A stretch of DNA of 64,000 bases from the NCBI GenBank assembly GCA_965248695.1, contig CBDFKD010000002.1, positions 320,001-384,000 of the forward strand, written 5' to 3'. The translations under genes were made by a program, and so were the position numbers. The DNA is from Acidobacteriota bacterium. GTDB lineage: Bacteria > Acidobacteriota > UBA890 > WLXD01. This document shows positions 29,232 to 39,556 of this stretch, in pieces. Each line of letters opens with the position of its first letter. The stretch's first letter is position 1. The notes beneath the pieces are model-generated. The model was not told the DNA's origin. It was given only the letters and a program-made list of their open reading frames with translations, and made no database searches.

Positions 29232-31697
29232 TCACTGACCGATGCTGCCCTGAATCCGTGTGAGGGCGTCCTCGAGATGGATACGGCTCATCCGGTCATC
29301 GACACCGGCCGTGAGAGCCGCCTCGATCTCGCTGCGCAACAGCGTTAGCTGATCGCGTACTAGCGGACGGATATCGGACTGGGCGATGTGAAGATCGGCG
29401 TTTAAGGGTGGATCGTCGTTGCGTCCGACACGTAGGTTGCCAGAGCTCGGCGGCGTCCAGTGCTCGGACTCCGCTTCATGCAGCAGGAAGTGAGCCTGCT
29501 GGAGATAGGCGCGTTGTTGGTTGCGACGGAACGTATCGATCGAGCGCTCCTCTCCCAGCTCACGCCAGACGATTCGCCGCGCGTCGTCGAGCATTTCGGT
29601 TGGCCTGTAAGTATCGTCCCCCAGGAACGCCTCGTGCTCGATCATGCGAGCCAGCCGTGCGTGGTTCAGCAGTCGCTGAATGGCAAGCTCCTGGTAGGCG
29701 CGGATGCGCTCGACGACGCCGGCGTGTTCCAGACGTCGAAGCTGATTGAGGTCCAGCGCCCAGACCGGCGTCTGCAGCACGTACTGGTCCAGGAAATCCA
29801 TCGCCTTGCGCTGATACTCGGGCTCGACGGGTGTGTACACCCATCCCTCCTCCCCGAAGCGCTTGTGGTGCGTCCAGGAGCCACCGACCGCCGCCGCGGC
29901 ATGCTCAGCGTACCGATTCCACTGGGTGAGCAGCTGCAGGTGATGTGTTTCGAGCTCGTAGTAGTCATCACCTTCTTCGAGCACCCACTCCAACAGGCTC
30001 TCCGAGGCCCCCTGCAGGTTGCGCATCCCGTAGACCGCCGCTTGTACGGGGTCGTCCGAGATGCCCTCCGTCATCCGGTGCGGGTCCCACTCGATATCCA
30101 TACCGAACAACGCAGCGCCGAACCGATACCAGGGCTCGTCGGCGCGCTCGACGATCCACTGGTTGAGGGTAGCGAGCTCGCCCTCCGGGCTCGTTGCCCC
30201 CGGAATCGGTCGGTATCCCCACATCACCGCGAACTTGTCCCACACGCCGATGCGGCGCTCGGGAGGCACGCCGTCGCCCGCCTGCGCCACGTAGTTGAAG
30301 CGCGTGCGTCCGACCGATGAGGCCGAGTGACCGCGCTCGCGCACGAACGCGGGATCTCGAAGCGACTCGACGGGATAGACAAAGTTGGCCCGCTGGTTGT
30401 GCGGCAGCCCCACCGCGTGGGCGATCTCGTGAGACACCACATAACGGATTGCCTCGCCGAGATCCTCGGGCGAGAGCTCGTCGGTGCGAAACTGCGGGTT
30501 GGCAGACGCCACCTGCGAGATCAGCTGCCACCGCATGCGCTCCGCAAGCCCGTGGTAGATGTTCATGTGGGCTCGTATCGCCTCGCCGGAGCGCGGGTCC
30601 ACCACGTCCGCCCCGGCGTTCGCCGACCGGATCGGCGATGCGTTGTAGCGCACCACCGAGTAGCGCGCGTCGAGGAGCGAGAACTCCGGGTCTTCCGTCT
30701 CGGCCGGCGCCAAGCGTACCTGGATCACGTTCTTGAAGCCGGCGAGCTCGAACGCCTCGTTCCACTCCAGCAGTCCCGCGCGGATGTACGGCACGAGCTC
30801 CGGAGGCGTGGCCGGATCGATGTGCCACACCCACGGCTTCAACGGATCCACGAGCTCGCCGCGCTCGAAGGCCTCGGGGTCGGCGGGCTCGAGACGGTAT
30901 CGGATCAGATAGCGTTGACCTCGCACCCCCTGAAAGGACCGCGAGTAGTCGGTCACACCCATCGAGATGAGCCCGGTGCGCTCGTCGTACAGGCGCGGCA
31001 TCATCGGCTCTTCGGGCAAGAGCACCATCGAGTGGTTGACCTCGTACGACACCGTCTCGCCGCGAGAGTTGGAGGGCGCGTCGCTCGCCGAGTAGGTGTT
31101 CACGGCTCGCACTTCGACGTTGGTCGGGAAGGCCCGCGCCCATTCCAGCCAGCTGCGATCCGGGTAGTGGCTGCGAATCTCCAGCTGCTGTCGACGCGCG
31201 CGCGGTAGCGAGAATGGTGGCGTGTCGTCGAGGTACAGGTCGGTGACCTCGATAACCGAAGTCCCGTCGCCGCGCGCCTCGATGTCGAACGACGACAGTA
31301 CCGGCGGGAAATTGGAGTACTCCACGGCCATGGCAACCGCGGAGCCGTCCTCAGCGACGTTCTGGTGCGAGACGGCGCGCAAGAGGATGCGATCGCCCCG
31401 ACGCTCCCAGCGTACGACGATGTTGTTGCGCGCCAGGTTCGAGCCGCCCGTTGCCAGCCCCTGCTGCGCCGCGCCGAAGCGACTCATGACGATCATCTCG
31501 CGCCCGAGCATCGCGTCGGGAATCTCGAAGAGCAGGTCGTCTTCGAGCTGGTGAACACTGAACAGCCCGTGACTGCTGGTCGCCGAGGCCAACACCACGT
31601 CTTCGTAGTCGTCCATCTGGGCGTCGACCGGCGCGGCGAGCGCCAACTCGAGCGCCAGCGCCAGGAACAGGGTCGCGAACAGAGTGAATCGCCTCAT
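29232..31697 (-). CDS. Secreted zinc-dependent metalloprotease (DUF5117/DUF4953, EcxA-like)
   Basis: Signal peptide MRRFTLFATLFLALAL; zincin HEIAHAVGLPHN; WNEAFE.AGF, DARYS, DPRSGE. Confidence 0.88.
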   Translation of the reverse strand: MRRFTLFATLFLALALELALAAPVDAQMDDYEDVVLASATSSHGLFSVHQLEDDLLFEIPDAMLGREMIVMSRFGAAQQGLATGGSNLARNNIVVRWERRGDRILLRAVSHQNVAEDGSAVAMAVEYSNFPPVLSSFDIEARGDGTSVIEVTDLYLDDTPPFSLPRARRQQLEIRSHYPDRSWLEWARAFPTNVEVRAVNTYSASDAPSNSRGETVSYEVNHSMVLLPEEPMMPRLYDERTGLISMGVTDYSRSFQGVRGQRYLIRYRLEPADPEAFERGELVDPLKPWVWHIDPATPPELVPYIRAGLLEWNEAFELAGFKNVIQVRLAPAETEDPEFSLLDARYSVVRYNASPIRSANAGADVVDPRSGEAIRAHMNIYHGLAERMRWQLISQVASANPQFRTDELSPEDLGEAIRYVVSHEIAHAVGLPHNQRANFVYPVESLRDPAFVRERGHSASSVGRTRFNYVAQAGDGVPPERRIGVWDKFAVMWGYRPIPGATSPEGELATLNQWIVERADEPWYRFGAALFGMDIEWDPHRMTEGISDDPVQAAVYGMRNLQGASESLLEWVLEEGDDYYELETHHLQLLTQWNRYAEHAAAAVGGSWTHHKRFGEEGWVYTPVEPEYQRKAMDFLDQYVLQTPVWALDLNQLRRLEHAGVVERIRAYQELAIQRLLNHARLARMIEHEAFLGDDTYRPTEMLDDARRIVWRELGEERSIDTFRRNQQRAYLQQAHFLLHEAESEHWTPPSSGNLRVGRNDDPPLNADLHIAQSDIRPLVRDQLTLLRSEIEAALTAGVDDRMSRIHLEDALTRIQGSIGQ

Positions 31698-31918
31698 CAA
31701 TAGACACTCCTGTCTTGCCAACGCCTCGCAGCGCGAGACGAGCGAGCATGATCGGAACTTCCACGCCACCGTGCGGCTATCGAACCCGGTTCGGTGGGCC
31801 GCCACAGCGCTGCATGGTAGGCGCGGCCCGGGGTTGAGGTGCATTCCAGCACCCGCCTCGCTGCTCTTCCACTGGGAGGCTCCCAGTGCGCGGCCAACGG
31901 ATCATCCAGGGCTGCCGC

Positions 31919-31943
31919 CTAGTGTCCTGTAACAGGCCACTAG
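31919..31943. repeat. CTAG-(17-bp palindrome)-CTAG mini-element overlapping a stop codon
   Basis: CTAG TGTCCTGTAACAGGCCA CTAG; related copies at 35629-35653 and 44604-44617. Confidence 0.55.
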
Positions 31944-33328
31944 CGTCGCCGGACCCGATGAAACCCTCGGCTCGAGCCCGAGAACCGCGGGTTGACCACG
32001 CTGTTGAAGATCGAGCCGAAGGTGTAGTTCACCCCGAAGCCGACGCGATAGCGGAAGTCCGTCTCGACAGCGCGCCGCTCGAGGAGAATCTCCTCGTCGG
32101 TGATGCCGCCGGCGGGCAGGAAGATCTGGTCGCGCACCAGCGACGCGCTACCGGAAACGCTAAGCCGCAGTCCGCGACTGACCCGGAAGTCGAGCTCGCC
32201 GCGCATCTCCGCTCGGTGCTTTCCGGGGTCGCTGATGAAGTGCGCCGCCTCGAGCGTGAAGCCGGCCTCGCCCCACGGCCGATTCAGCTCCAGCCCTACG
32301 AGCACCCCGTGGTCGGCCAGCGTCTGTTCCGTACGTCCGAAGATCGTGAGCTCGCGAAAATCGTAGCGTGTCACGCCGGCGAAGTAAGTGAGGGTCAGCA
32401 GCTTCTGCGATGACTCGTCGTACGGAAACAGGTTGTGCTCGAGGGCCGCCGACACCCGGGTCGACAGATCGAGGTTGGAGAACGTCGATGACGCACCTGC
32501 CACCCCGACGCCGATACCCCAGCGCGGTCCGAGCGTCTTGATTGCCTGCCCGCCGAAGCCGAACTCACGTCCGACGCTCTTGAGCCGCTCGCCGTCATCG
32601 AACTCGAAGTTGCGCTCGTCGTATTCCCCGTCGACGCCGACAAAGACTTTCCAGCCGTCGGTTATTCGACGTGCGCTGATGTCGCCTTCGATCTCACGTG
32701 ACGACTGCCGCTCTTCACCCCGCAGCGAGGTATCGAGGTCGACCCTGAAAACCCAGAAGTTCCATGGATCCTCGCCGGGGGTCGCGCCCACCGGGCGCGG
32801 CGCCGATGGAGCCTGATGGCGGCTACGCATCTGCGTCGCCTGCGGGGTGCGCAGGAGATAGGGCGCCAACCCAAGCGACAGCACGCTCCCGAGCGCTTGT
32901 CGAACCTCGTCGTCTGTATCCGTGTCCGACGTCGTGAACACGTGAGTGTCGACCTCGTCGGCGAACTCGTCGAGGCCGATGAACTCGAGGCTGTACTCGT
33001 TTCCAGCGCCAGCGCGTCGGTTCGTCACCAGCACGTGCACGTCGGCGTCGCGGCGATCGAGCACATAGTCGACGAAGGACACCTCGCGCCGCAGATAGTC
33101 GAAATCGCAGCGACGCTCACAGTCGAGAAAAATGCGCAGCGCCGCCGGCGAAGAGGAGCCGGCCTCGGAAGGCTCCTGTGCACCGGGCGGTGCGGCCCAG
33201 ACGGGAACGTCCGCCGCCACCCAGATCACCAGGGCCAGCGTCGCCAACACGCGCCTTCGCCCACCCGATGTACGGTCCGCGTTCGCTCTCACCGACTCTC
33301 CGCGGGACGTTTTCGGGGCGAGGGGCAT
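31940..33328 (-). CDS. Hypothetical exported protein, probable outer-membrane beta-barrel
   Basis: Signal region, IFLDC..CDFDYLR, DPWNFWVF, alternating beta-strand pattern, YTFGSIFNSVVNPRF near the C-terminus; start uncertain. Confidence 0.65.
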   Translation of the reverse strand: MPLAPKTSRGESVRANADRTSGGRRRVLATLALVIWVAADVPVWAAPPGAQEPSEAGSSSPAALRIFLDCERRCDFDYLRREVSFVDYVLDRRDADVHVLVTNRRAGAGNEYSLEFIGLDEFADEVDTHVFTTSDTDTDDEVRQALGSVLSLGLAPYLLRTPQATQMRSRHQAPSAPRPVGATPGEDPWNFWVFRVDLDTSLRGEERQSSREIEGDISARRITDGWKVFVGVDGEYDERNFEFDDGERLKSVGREFGFGGQAIKTLGPRWGIGVGVAGASSTFSNLDLSTRVSAALEHNLFPYDESSQKLLTLTYFAGVTRYDFRELTIFGRTEQTLADHGVLVGLELNRPWGEAGFTLEAAHFISDPGKHRAEMRGELDFRVSRGLRLSVSGSASLVRDQIFLPAGGITDEEILLERRAVETDFRYRVGFGVNYTFGSIFNSVVNPRFSGSSRGFHRVRRR

Positions 33329-33401
33329 TCCCGGAGCACCTCGGAGCTTTTGTATTCTCGATACTGTATACAGTCCGCTACAGAGGCGACGTCCGCGGCA
33401 G

Positions 33402-34682
33402 CTAGGCGAAGCGGCCCGGCGCGAGCAAGTCCAGCGCCAGCGCCGGAGCTTCGTCGGACACCAGGCTCGCAACCAGCTTCCCGGTAATCGGCGCCAGCGC
33501 CAGCCCGAGCGTGCCGTGGCCAGTTGCAACCGTCAGGTTCGGCACACTTCCCACCCTGCCGATGATCGGCAACCCGTCGGGGCTGCAGGGGCGAAACCCC
33601 GACCAGACGCGTGGGCCGGCGGAATCGCGGCCCGTAGCAGCGAGGATCGCATCGGTATCCGTTTCCGGCAGATAGGCCGAGACTTGCTCGAAGATCCGTC
33701 TGAGCCGCCGCGGATCGATCGAGCGATCAAGACCCGTGAGCTCCAGAGCCCCGGTGAAGCGTAGCCGGTCGCCCATCGGCGTGACCGTGGCGCGCGCTTC
33801 GTGCAGCAGCAACGGAATGCGCAGGCTGCAGCTGCCGCGCGGGAGGGTCAGGCTGTAACCCCTGCCCGGTTGAACCGGGATCCGCACCCCGAGTTTGGCG
33901 GCAAGCGCCTGGCTGAAAGCGCCGGCCGCGAGTACGAACGACTCTGCGCTGATCCGGTCGCCGCCCGCGTGCACCGAGTGCAATCGTCCGCCACGCCGCT
34001 CGAAGCCCTCGACCTCGGTCGACGAAAGGAAGCGGACCCCTCGACCCCGGACATATGCCGTCAGAGTCCGCACGAAGCTCGATGGATCGACATGGCAGTC
34101 CTGACGGAAGTACACGCCACCGATCGCGCTCGTGCGCAGTGCCGGCTCGAGCTCGTGCAACGCCTGCGCGCCGAGCACCTCGACCTGCAGACCGGCCGTG
34201 CTCAGGATCTCGGCATGCTCGGCACCGTGGTGCGCGCCGGACTTCGAGTCGTACAGCATGAGGATGCCCTCCTCATGCATGTGCGGCTCAACGCCGTCGA
34301 GACGGGACAGCTCGCGGAAGAGATCGACACTCGCAAGCAACAGATCGCGAAGCAACGGCACAGCGCGGCGCACGTGGGCGTCCGTGCACGAGGCGCGAAA
34401 CCGCCAGAGCCACCGCAGCAGTTCCACGTCGAGACGAGGACGGATGTATAGCGGGCTGTCCGACTTGAACAGCCAGCGCAGCCCCTGCCCGATCACACCC
34501 GGTGCCGCAAGCGGTACGACGTGGCTGGGAACGAGCATGCCGGCATTGCCGTGCGAAGCACCGTCGTTGCCGTCTCCGCGCTCGATCAGCGTGACCCGGC
34601 AACCGGCGCGGTTCAGGAAGTAAGCGCAACAAACGCCGACGGCGCCGCCACCGACAACGACGACGTCACGCGAACCGTTCAT
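33402..34682 (-). CDS. FAD-dependent D-amino acid dehydrogenase (DadA-like)
   Basis: VVGGGAVG, ASHGNAG, GRGYS, WSGFRPCSPDGLPIIG, ATGHG.LG; ATGA overlap with the epimerase. Confidence 0.9.
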   Translation of the reverse strand: MNGSRDVVVVGGGAVGVCCAYFLNRAGCRVTLIERGDGNDGASHGNAGMLVPSHVVPLAAPGVIGQGLRWLFKSDSPLYIRPRLDVELLRWLWRFRASCTDAHVRRAVPLLRDLLLASVDLFRELSRLDGVEPHMHEEGILMLYDSKSGAHHGAEHAEILSTAGLQVEVLGAQALHELEPALRTSAIGGVYFRQDCHVDPSSFVRTLTAYVRGRGVRFLSSTEVEGFERRGGRLHSVHAGGDRISAESFVLAAGAFSQALAAKLGVRIPVQPGRGYSLTLPRGSCSLRIPLLLHEARATVTPMGDRLRFTGALELTGLDRSIDPRRLRRIFEQVSAYLPETDTDAILAATGRDSAGPRVWSGFRPCSPDGLPIIGRVGSVPNLTVATGHGTLGLALAPITGKLVASLVSDEAPALALDLLAPGRFA

Positions 34683-35629
34683 GGAGCAGTGACGCGAATC
34701 CCGGCTCCGAACGGGTCTTCATCGCCGACAACGAGCCTGCTTTCCGACGTCACCCAAGCATCTCCAACGATGGTCGGCAGGACGCCGCCCTCGGTTTCCT
34801 CGATGCTGCCCACGAAGCAGCTCCCCACGATGCTCTCCTGCATCCACGCCTGTCCCGGCAGCAACTTGCCGTCGGCCCACAGGCACGCCATCTTCGCGCT
34901 CGTGCCGGTGCCGCAGGGCGATCGATCGTACTCACGCCCCGGACACAGGACGAAGTTCTTGCTGTCCGCTCCGTCGGCGCTCGGCGGCCCGAAGAGCTCT
35001 ATGTGGTCGACCTCGGAACCATCGTCGCCGACGACGTTCGCCTCTCGCAGCGCCTCGCGAATGGTCCAGCAGTAGGTGGTCAGCGCCGCCACGTTGTCTG
35101 ACTCGAGGCGCTGCCCGTGCTGTTCCGCCAAAAAGAACCAGTTGCCACCCCACGCCACGTCGCCACGCACTTTGCCGAGCTCACCGAGAGTGAGCTCGAC
35201 GCCGCTCGCAACGCGGTAGCTGACGACGTTCTGCACCGCGACCCGGCCATCTTGACGCAGCTCCACCCCGACGACGCCGACAGGCGTCTCGAATCGGTGC
35301 GCGCCGGGCGCCAGCTCGCCGAGTGACGCCAGCGTCACGGCGACCCCGATGGTGCCGTGCACGCACATTCCCAGGTAGCCAACGTTGTTGAAGAAGATCA
35401 CCTGCGCGGCGAAATCGACCGATGACGGCGTACACAGCAACGCACCGACCATCGCGCCGAACCCGCGCGGCTCGTTCACCACAGTCGACCGAAAGTCGTC
35501 GTGATGGTCGCGAAGCCGCGCCAGCCGGTCGGCCGCGGAGCCGGTCCCGAGGTCAGGGGCACCTTCGAGAACCAGGCGGGTCGGCTCGCCGCCGGTGTGT
35601 GAATCGATGACTCGAATCGATCGCGACAC
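34679..35629 (-). CDS. Proline racemase family protein, probably 4-hydroxyproline 2-epimerase
   Basis: IDSHTGGEPTR, GMCVHG, AWGGNWF, DRSPCGTGTSA (two catalytic Cys); GTG start at 35629 inferred. Confidence 0.88.
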   Translation of the reverse strand: MSRSIRVIDSHTGGEPTRLVLEGAPDLGTGSAADRLARLRDHHDDFRSTVVNEPRGFGAMVGALLCTPSSVDFAAQVIFFNNVGYLGMCVHGTIGVAVTLASLGELAPGAHRFETPVGVVGVELRQDGRVAVQNVVSYRVASGVELTLGELGKVRGDVAWGGNWFFLAEQHGQRLESDNVAALTTYCWTIREALREANVVGDDGSEVDHIELFGPPSADGADSKNFVLCPGREYDRSPCGTGTSAKMACLWADGKLLPGQAWMQESIVGSCFVGSIEETEGGVLPTIVGDAWVTSESRLVVGDEDPFGAGIRVTAP

Positions 35630-35653
35630 TAGCCCCCTATTGCAGGCCACTAG
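35629..35653. repeat. Second CTAG-(17 bp)-CTAG mini-element, forming the whole DsbA/epimerase intergenic gap
   Basis: CTAG CCCCCTATTGCAGGCCA CTAG; same spacing and right half as 31919-31943. Confidence 0.5.
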
Positions 35654-36759
35654 TATCCGGCTCGGTCGAGCTCCTCATCGATCACCTTGGCGATCGCCTC
35701 GAACGGTACGGCTCCGCCGGGAACCGGCCGGCCATTGACGAACAACGCTGGCGTTCCGTCGACGCCGAGACGCTGGCCGGCGCGTACGTCCGCTTGCACG
35801 CTGTCCACATAGCGGCCCGAATCCAGACAAGCAGCAAAGGCCTCGTTGTCCATTCCGAGTCGTTCCGCCTTGCCCTTGAGCTCCTCGACCGTGAGGGCGT
35901 CCTGCTCGGCAAACATCAGATCGTGCAGCTCCCAGAACTTTCCCTGCTCTTCGGCGCACAGCGACGCTTCCGCGGCTTTCTGTGCATTCGGGTGGATCTC
36001 CCGCAGCGGGAACTGGCGATACACCAGCCTTACCTGGCCGGCATAGACCTCCTTGACCTGCTCCACCGTCGGCATGAAGCGCCCGCAGAAGGGGCATTCG
36101 AAATCCGAGAACTCGACCAGCGTGATCGGCGCATCGCCGGGACCAAGAGCCGGGTAGCCTTCGGTTTCGATGTTGGCGCGAACCGGCTCGAGGGTCATTG
36201 CAACGTCGCGATCGGCCGCCAGTTCAGCGGTGAACGCCACGATGCCAGCTTCTTGCTCTTGTTCGAACAGGAACTGTTCGATCGCTGGGCGCAAAGCGTC
36301 CAGCGGACGTCCCTGGAGGCGGCCCTGGTTGGCTTCATGCCAGGCGTTCACCTCGGCGGCCGTCACCTGAATCCCGGAGTTGACCTCAGCCTGCAGCATT
36401 TCTTCGGTGGTGGTGCCACGCTGGGACGCCTCGGCATCGAGCAACCGGCGCCTTACGGCATCTCTGACCCCCGCATCGAGGAGCTGAAATCGCTGTGTGT
36501 CGTATTCGAACGCCAGCGTTGCCAGTCGATCGTTGACAGCCTCGCCCAAATCGGCCAACCGAATCGGATCGCCATCGATCGTAGCCAGCACTCCATCGGC
36601 ATCAGGCCCACCGGATGGAGCACTCGCTGTCGCAGACGGCTCCTGGGAAGTTACTTCGCGGGCGCACCCCGCCGCCGGCAGCAGTGCCAGCGGAACAACG
36701 GCCAGGGTCGCGATAACGGTTGTACGGCCGGGTCGGGATCGAACGATTCGGTTGATCAT
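35650..36759 (-). CDS. DsbA/thioredoxin-domain lipoprotein
   Basis: Lipobox-like AAGC; EFSDFECPFC, RQFPL, GVDGTPALFVNG. Confidence 0.9.
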   Translation of the reverse strand: MINRIVRSRPGRTTVIATLAVVPLALLPAAGCAREVTSQEPSATASAPSGGPDADGVLATIDGDPIRLADLGEAVNDRLATLAFEYDTQRFQLLDAGVRDAVRRRLLDAEASQRGTTTEEMLQAEVNSGIQVTAAEVNAWHEANQGRLQGRPLDALRPAIEQFLFEQEQEAGIVAFTAELAADRDVAMTLEPVRANIETEGYPALGPGDAPITLVEFSDFECPFCGRFMPTVEQVKEVYAGQVRLVYRQFPLREIHPNAQKAAEASLCAEEQGKFWELHDLMFAEQDALTVEELKGKAERLGMDNEAFAACLDSGRYVDSVQADVRAGQRLGVDGTPALFVNGRPVPGGAVPFEAIAKVIDEELDRAGY

Positions 36760-36923
36760 GGGGCGCGCTCCTGCCCAGTCAATGGGCGGGTCGGATCGGC
36801 TTGCATCGGAACACCGGGCCCGGCGAGCGACCCGTCGTCAACTAGGTTACCGGCTCGCGTCGGCGCCAGCATGCACCGGCGCGATGTTTCTGCGTCGACG
36901 CCCACAGGAGCCTGTCGGCAGGG

Positions 36924-38342
36924 CTACGACGCGCTGAATCTACGGCGTTCCATCCGGCCCCACCCGGTCTTGCCGGTAAGCGCGTCAAGAAGCCCTTTGG
37001 CACGCCAGACCGTCATCACCTGACGATAGCCCAGGTTCTCGAACACGGCGCCGAACAGCAACCAGAGCACGTCCCTTGGCGACGGGTAGCGACGCGCGGT
37101 GTGCTCCTCGAGCAGTACAGCGCCCATCGACAACGTGATCGAGAAGAGCACCGACACAACGAAGAACAGCACCGCGATCTCGAGGCTGAGCACCCCCATG
37201 AGGAAGCCGACGATGGTGAGCACGTAGCCGGCGAGCTCCACCGCCGGGCCGGCCATCTCGAAGAGCGCAAAGTACGGAAACCCGAACAACCCGAGAGCGC
37301 CGTAGCGAATGTTTCCGAACAGCGATCGATGCGCGAGGATGCTCTCGACGGTGCCCCGTTGCCAGCGGTTGCGCTGACGGTAAAGCGTCCGCATGTCGGC
37401 AGGCGCCTGCGTCCAGCACACCGGATCGGGTACGAAGACGATGCGGGCGCGTTCGCCGCCCGGGCGCCGTCGATGCAAACGCACGGTGATCTCCATGTCC
37501 TCGCCCACGGTTGTCTTCGAGAAACCGCCGACCGCGACCAGGGCGGTACGGTCGAACAGACCGAATGCCCCGGAGATGACCAGCAGCGAGTTCATGAAGC
37601 TGAAGGCAACACGGCCACCGAGAAACGCTCGCAGGTACTCCACCGTCTGCATCAGCGGCAAGATTGCCCGCGGCGCTCCAACGCTCTCGATCTGCCCCTT
37701 TCGCACGGTGCAACCATCGACGATGCGTACGATCCCGCCGGCCGCAACGGTGCGCTCGTCCTCGAGGAAAGGCTTGAGCACGCTCAGCAGTGCGTCGGGC
37801 TCGAGCAGGGAATCCGCGTCGACGACCGCTACGAGCTCACCGCGAGCCGCCGACAGGCCGGCGTTGAGGGCGTCGGCTTTGCCCCCCTGCGGCTTGTCGA
37901 TGACGACGACCGGAGTCGGGTCACGAGACTCGTAGACGGCGCCCACCGGTTCGGACTCCACGACATCGTAGACGCGTCGACTCGAGCGATATAGACGAAA
38001 GCGGTCGATGAGCCGCGACAGCGTCCGGTCGGTCGAGCCGTCGTTGATCACCACCACCTCGTGGCGCGGGTAGTTGAGCGCCAGGATGGACTTGACACTG
38101 TCGCAAATCGTCAGCTCCTCGTTGAACGCCGGCACCAGGACAGAGACCTTGGGCACCAGAGAGGAGCGCACGAGGGATTGGCGCTCCGAGGCGGTCAACG
38201 GATGATGTGCGTGCTTCAAGACGAAGTAGCCCAGAAGCATCATTACGAAGTAGATGGTGTTGATCGTCAGCACGTAGGCCACGATTCCGTACTCGGTGAC
38301 CACAATCGCAGTACGTAGCCATTCAGGCGCCGCGCCGATCAT
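36924..38342 (-). CDS. Processive glycosyltransferase family 2 (PgaC/IcaA-like), membrane-bound
   Basis: VPAFNEE, NDGSTD, GKADALN, VDADS, GED, QRNRW (QxxRW); N- and C-terminal TM helices. Confidence 0.9.
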   Translation of the reverse strand: MIGAAPEWLRTAIVVTEYGIVAYVLTINTIYFVMMLLGYFVLKHAHHPLTASERQSLVRSSLVPKVSVLVPAFNEELTICDSVKSILALNYPRHEVVVINDGSTDRTLSRLIDRFRLYRSSRRVYDVVESEPVGAVYESRDPTPVVVIDKPQGGKADALNAGLSAARGELVAVVDADSLLEPDALLSVLKPFLEDERTVAAGGIVRIVDGCTVRKGQIESVGAPRAILPLMQTVEYLRAFLGGRVAFSFMNSLLVISGAFGLFDRTALVAVGGFSKTTVGEDMEITVRLHRRRPGGERARIVFVPDPVCWTQAPADMRTLYRQRNRWQRGTVESILAHRSLFGNIRYGALGLFGFPYFALFEMAGPAVELAGYVLTIVGFLMGVLSLEIAVLFFVVSVLFSITLSMGAVLLEEHTARRYPSPRDVLWLLFGAVFENLGYRQVMTVWRAKGLLDALTGKTGWGRMERRRFSAS

Positions 38343-39556
38343 GCCGCCACCCGCAAGTGAGCTACACGCCATCGTTCCAGCGCCTCGAGCGCGGCACCTG
38401 CCGCGACGCGATCGGCACCGACGACAGCATCGTCGAGCTGCGCGCGCCCGGGCTCGCCGAGCTGGGCAAGCGCTTGTGCCGCCTCATGAGCGACTTGGGG
38501 GTCCTCGCCGCGCAGCAGGCGCGACAGACGGCCGGCCGCCTCGTACATGTGCATGCGGCCGACGCACTCGATCGCGGCACTACGTACCGAGCCGTCCTTC
38601 GACATCACTGCCGTGAGCACATGCCCCTTCAGTCGATCGCGCTCTGCGGCACAGGGCAGCACACGCAACGCCAGAGCGACGAGGTCGCGCTCCGGGCGTT
38701 GCAGGATCGATTCGAGCAACTCGCACGACACCCACACGCGCCAGGACGCCAGCAGTCGCAAAGCCTCGCGCAGCCGGCGGTGGTAGCCGTGCTCCAGGAG
38801 GCGCGGCATGACCTCGTTGGCGAGAATGGAGGCGTGCACCTTCAGATCGTCGGAGAGCACGGCGCGGACAAGCGGCGTTTCGGCAAGCATGAAGTCGAAG
38901 ACCTCGACGTACTCGAAGGTCTCGACCGTGCCGTCCCGCTCGCCGATACCGAGCAGTGCTTTCGCCGCTTCGACGCGTACGGAACGCGACTGATCTGCGA
39001 GCGCGGTAAGCAGCTCGTCGCGTGCTGAGCCGCCGGCAACCAGGGACAAGTTAGTGATCGCAGCACGCCGAGCGATCTGCGATCCGGTACGGTACTCGTC
39101 GAGCCAGCGCTGCACGAACCCGAGACGGTTGGCGAGCCGGACGAGCTTGGCGCGTTGACCGCCGCGAAGAGCCGGCAGGAACTCGAGGATGCAGAACTCC
39201 AGCTCGCTCGGACAGCGCTCTAGTAGCCGCTCCACCGTTGAGCTGTTCTCGTGGCCGGCGACGTAGGCGGCCAGCTTCTCTTGAAACAGGGGCCGCTGCC
39301 GGGCGATACGCCGTTGCCGCAGCAACCGCCGCGTCTTGCCGAACAGGACCTGCAGGGTAATCACGCAGACGAGGCCGCACTGGGCCAGCAGGGCGGCGAA
39401 TCCAGCGGAAAGGAGATCAGAATCGAACAGGTCCGCGGTGAATCCCACATGAGCCCACGCCACCAGAGCCACGAACATGACGACGAATTTGATCGTCCGG
39501 ATTACGGCGGTTCTACGTCCGCGCTCCTCGAGCGTCAGCTGGCGGCGCGCTGGCAT
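38339..39556 (-). CDS. Membrane-anchored HEAT-repeat protein
   Basis: Two N-terminal TM segments, then repeats such as D.SRSVRVEAAKAL, SVRSAAIEC, PQVAHEAAQALAQLG; overlaps both neighbours. Confidence 0.78.
   Translation of the reverse strand: MPARRQLTLEERGRRTAVIRTIKFVVMFVALVAWAHVGFTADLFDSDLLSAGFAALLAQCGLVCVITLQVLFGKTRRLLRQRRIARQRPLFQEKLAAYVAGHENSSTVERLLERCPSELEFCILEFLPALRGGQRAKLVRLANRLGFVQRWLDEYRTGSQIARRAAITNLSLVAGGSARDELLTALADQSRSVRVEAAKALLGIGERDGTVETFEYVEVFDFMLAETPLVRAVLSDDLKVHASILANEVMPRLLEHGYHRRLREALRLLASWRVWVSCELLESILQRPERDLVALALRVLPCAAERDRLKGHVLTAVMSKDGSVRSAAIECVGRMHMYEAAGRLSRLLRGEDPQVAHEAAQALAQLGEPGRAQLDDAVVGADRVAAGAALEALERWRVAHLRVAA

Noticed and set aside
27744-29348. 534-aa plus-strand ORF and similar long antisense ORFs (e.g. 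61064-62992, 46957-48135, 35794-37023)
   Set aside because: Shadow frames of well-supported opposite-strand genes in high-GC DNA, with no recognisable motifs.
31870-31888. CACTGGGA-GGC-TCCCAGTG hairpin as an intrinsic terminator
   Set aside because: The stem is good but there is no U-tract on either strand, so its function cannot be supported.
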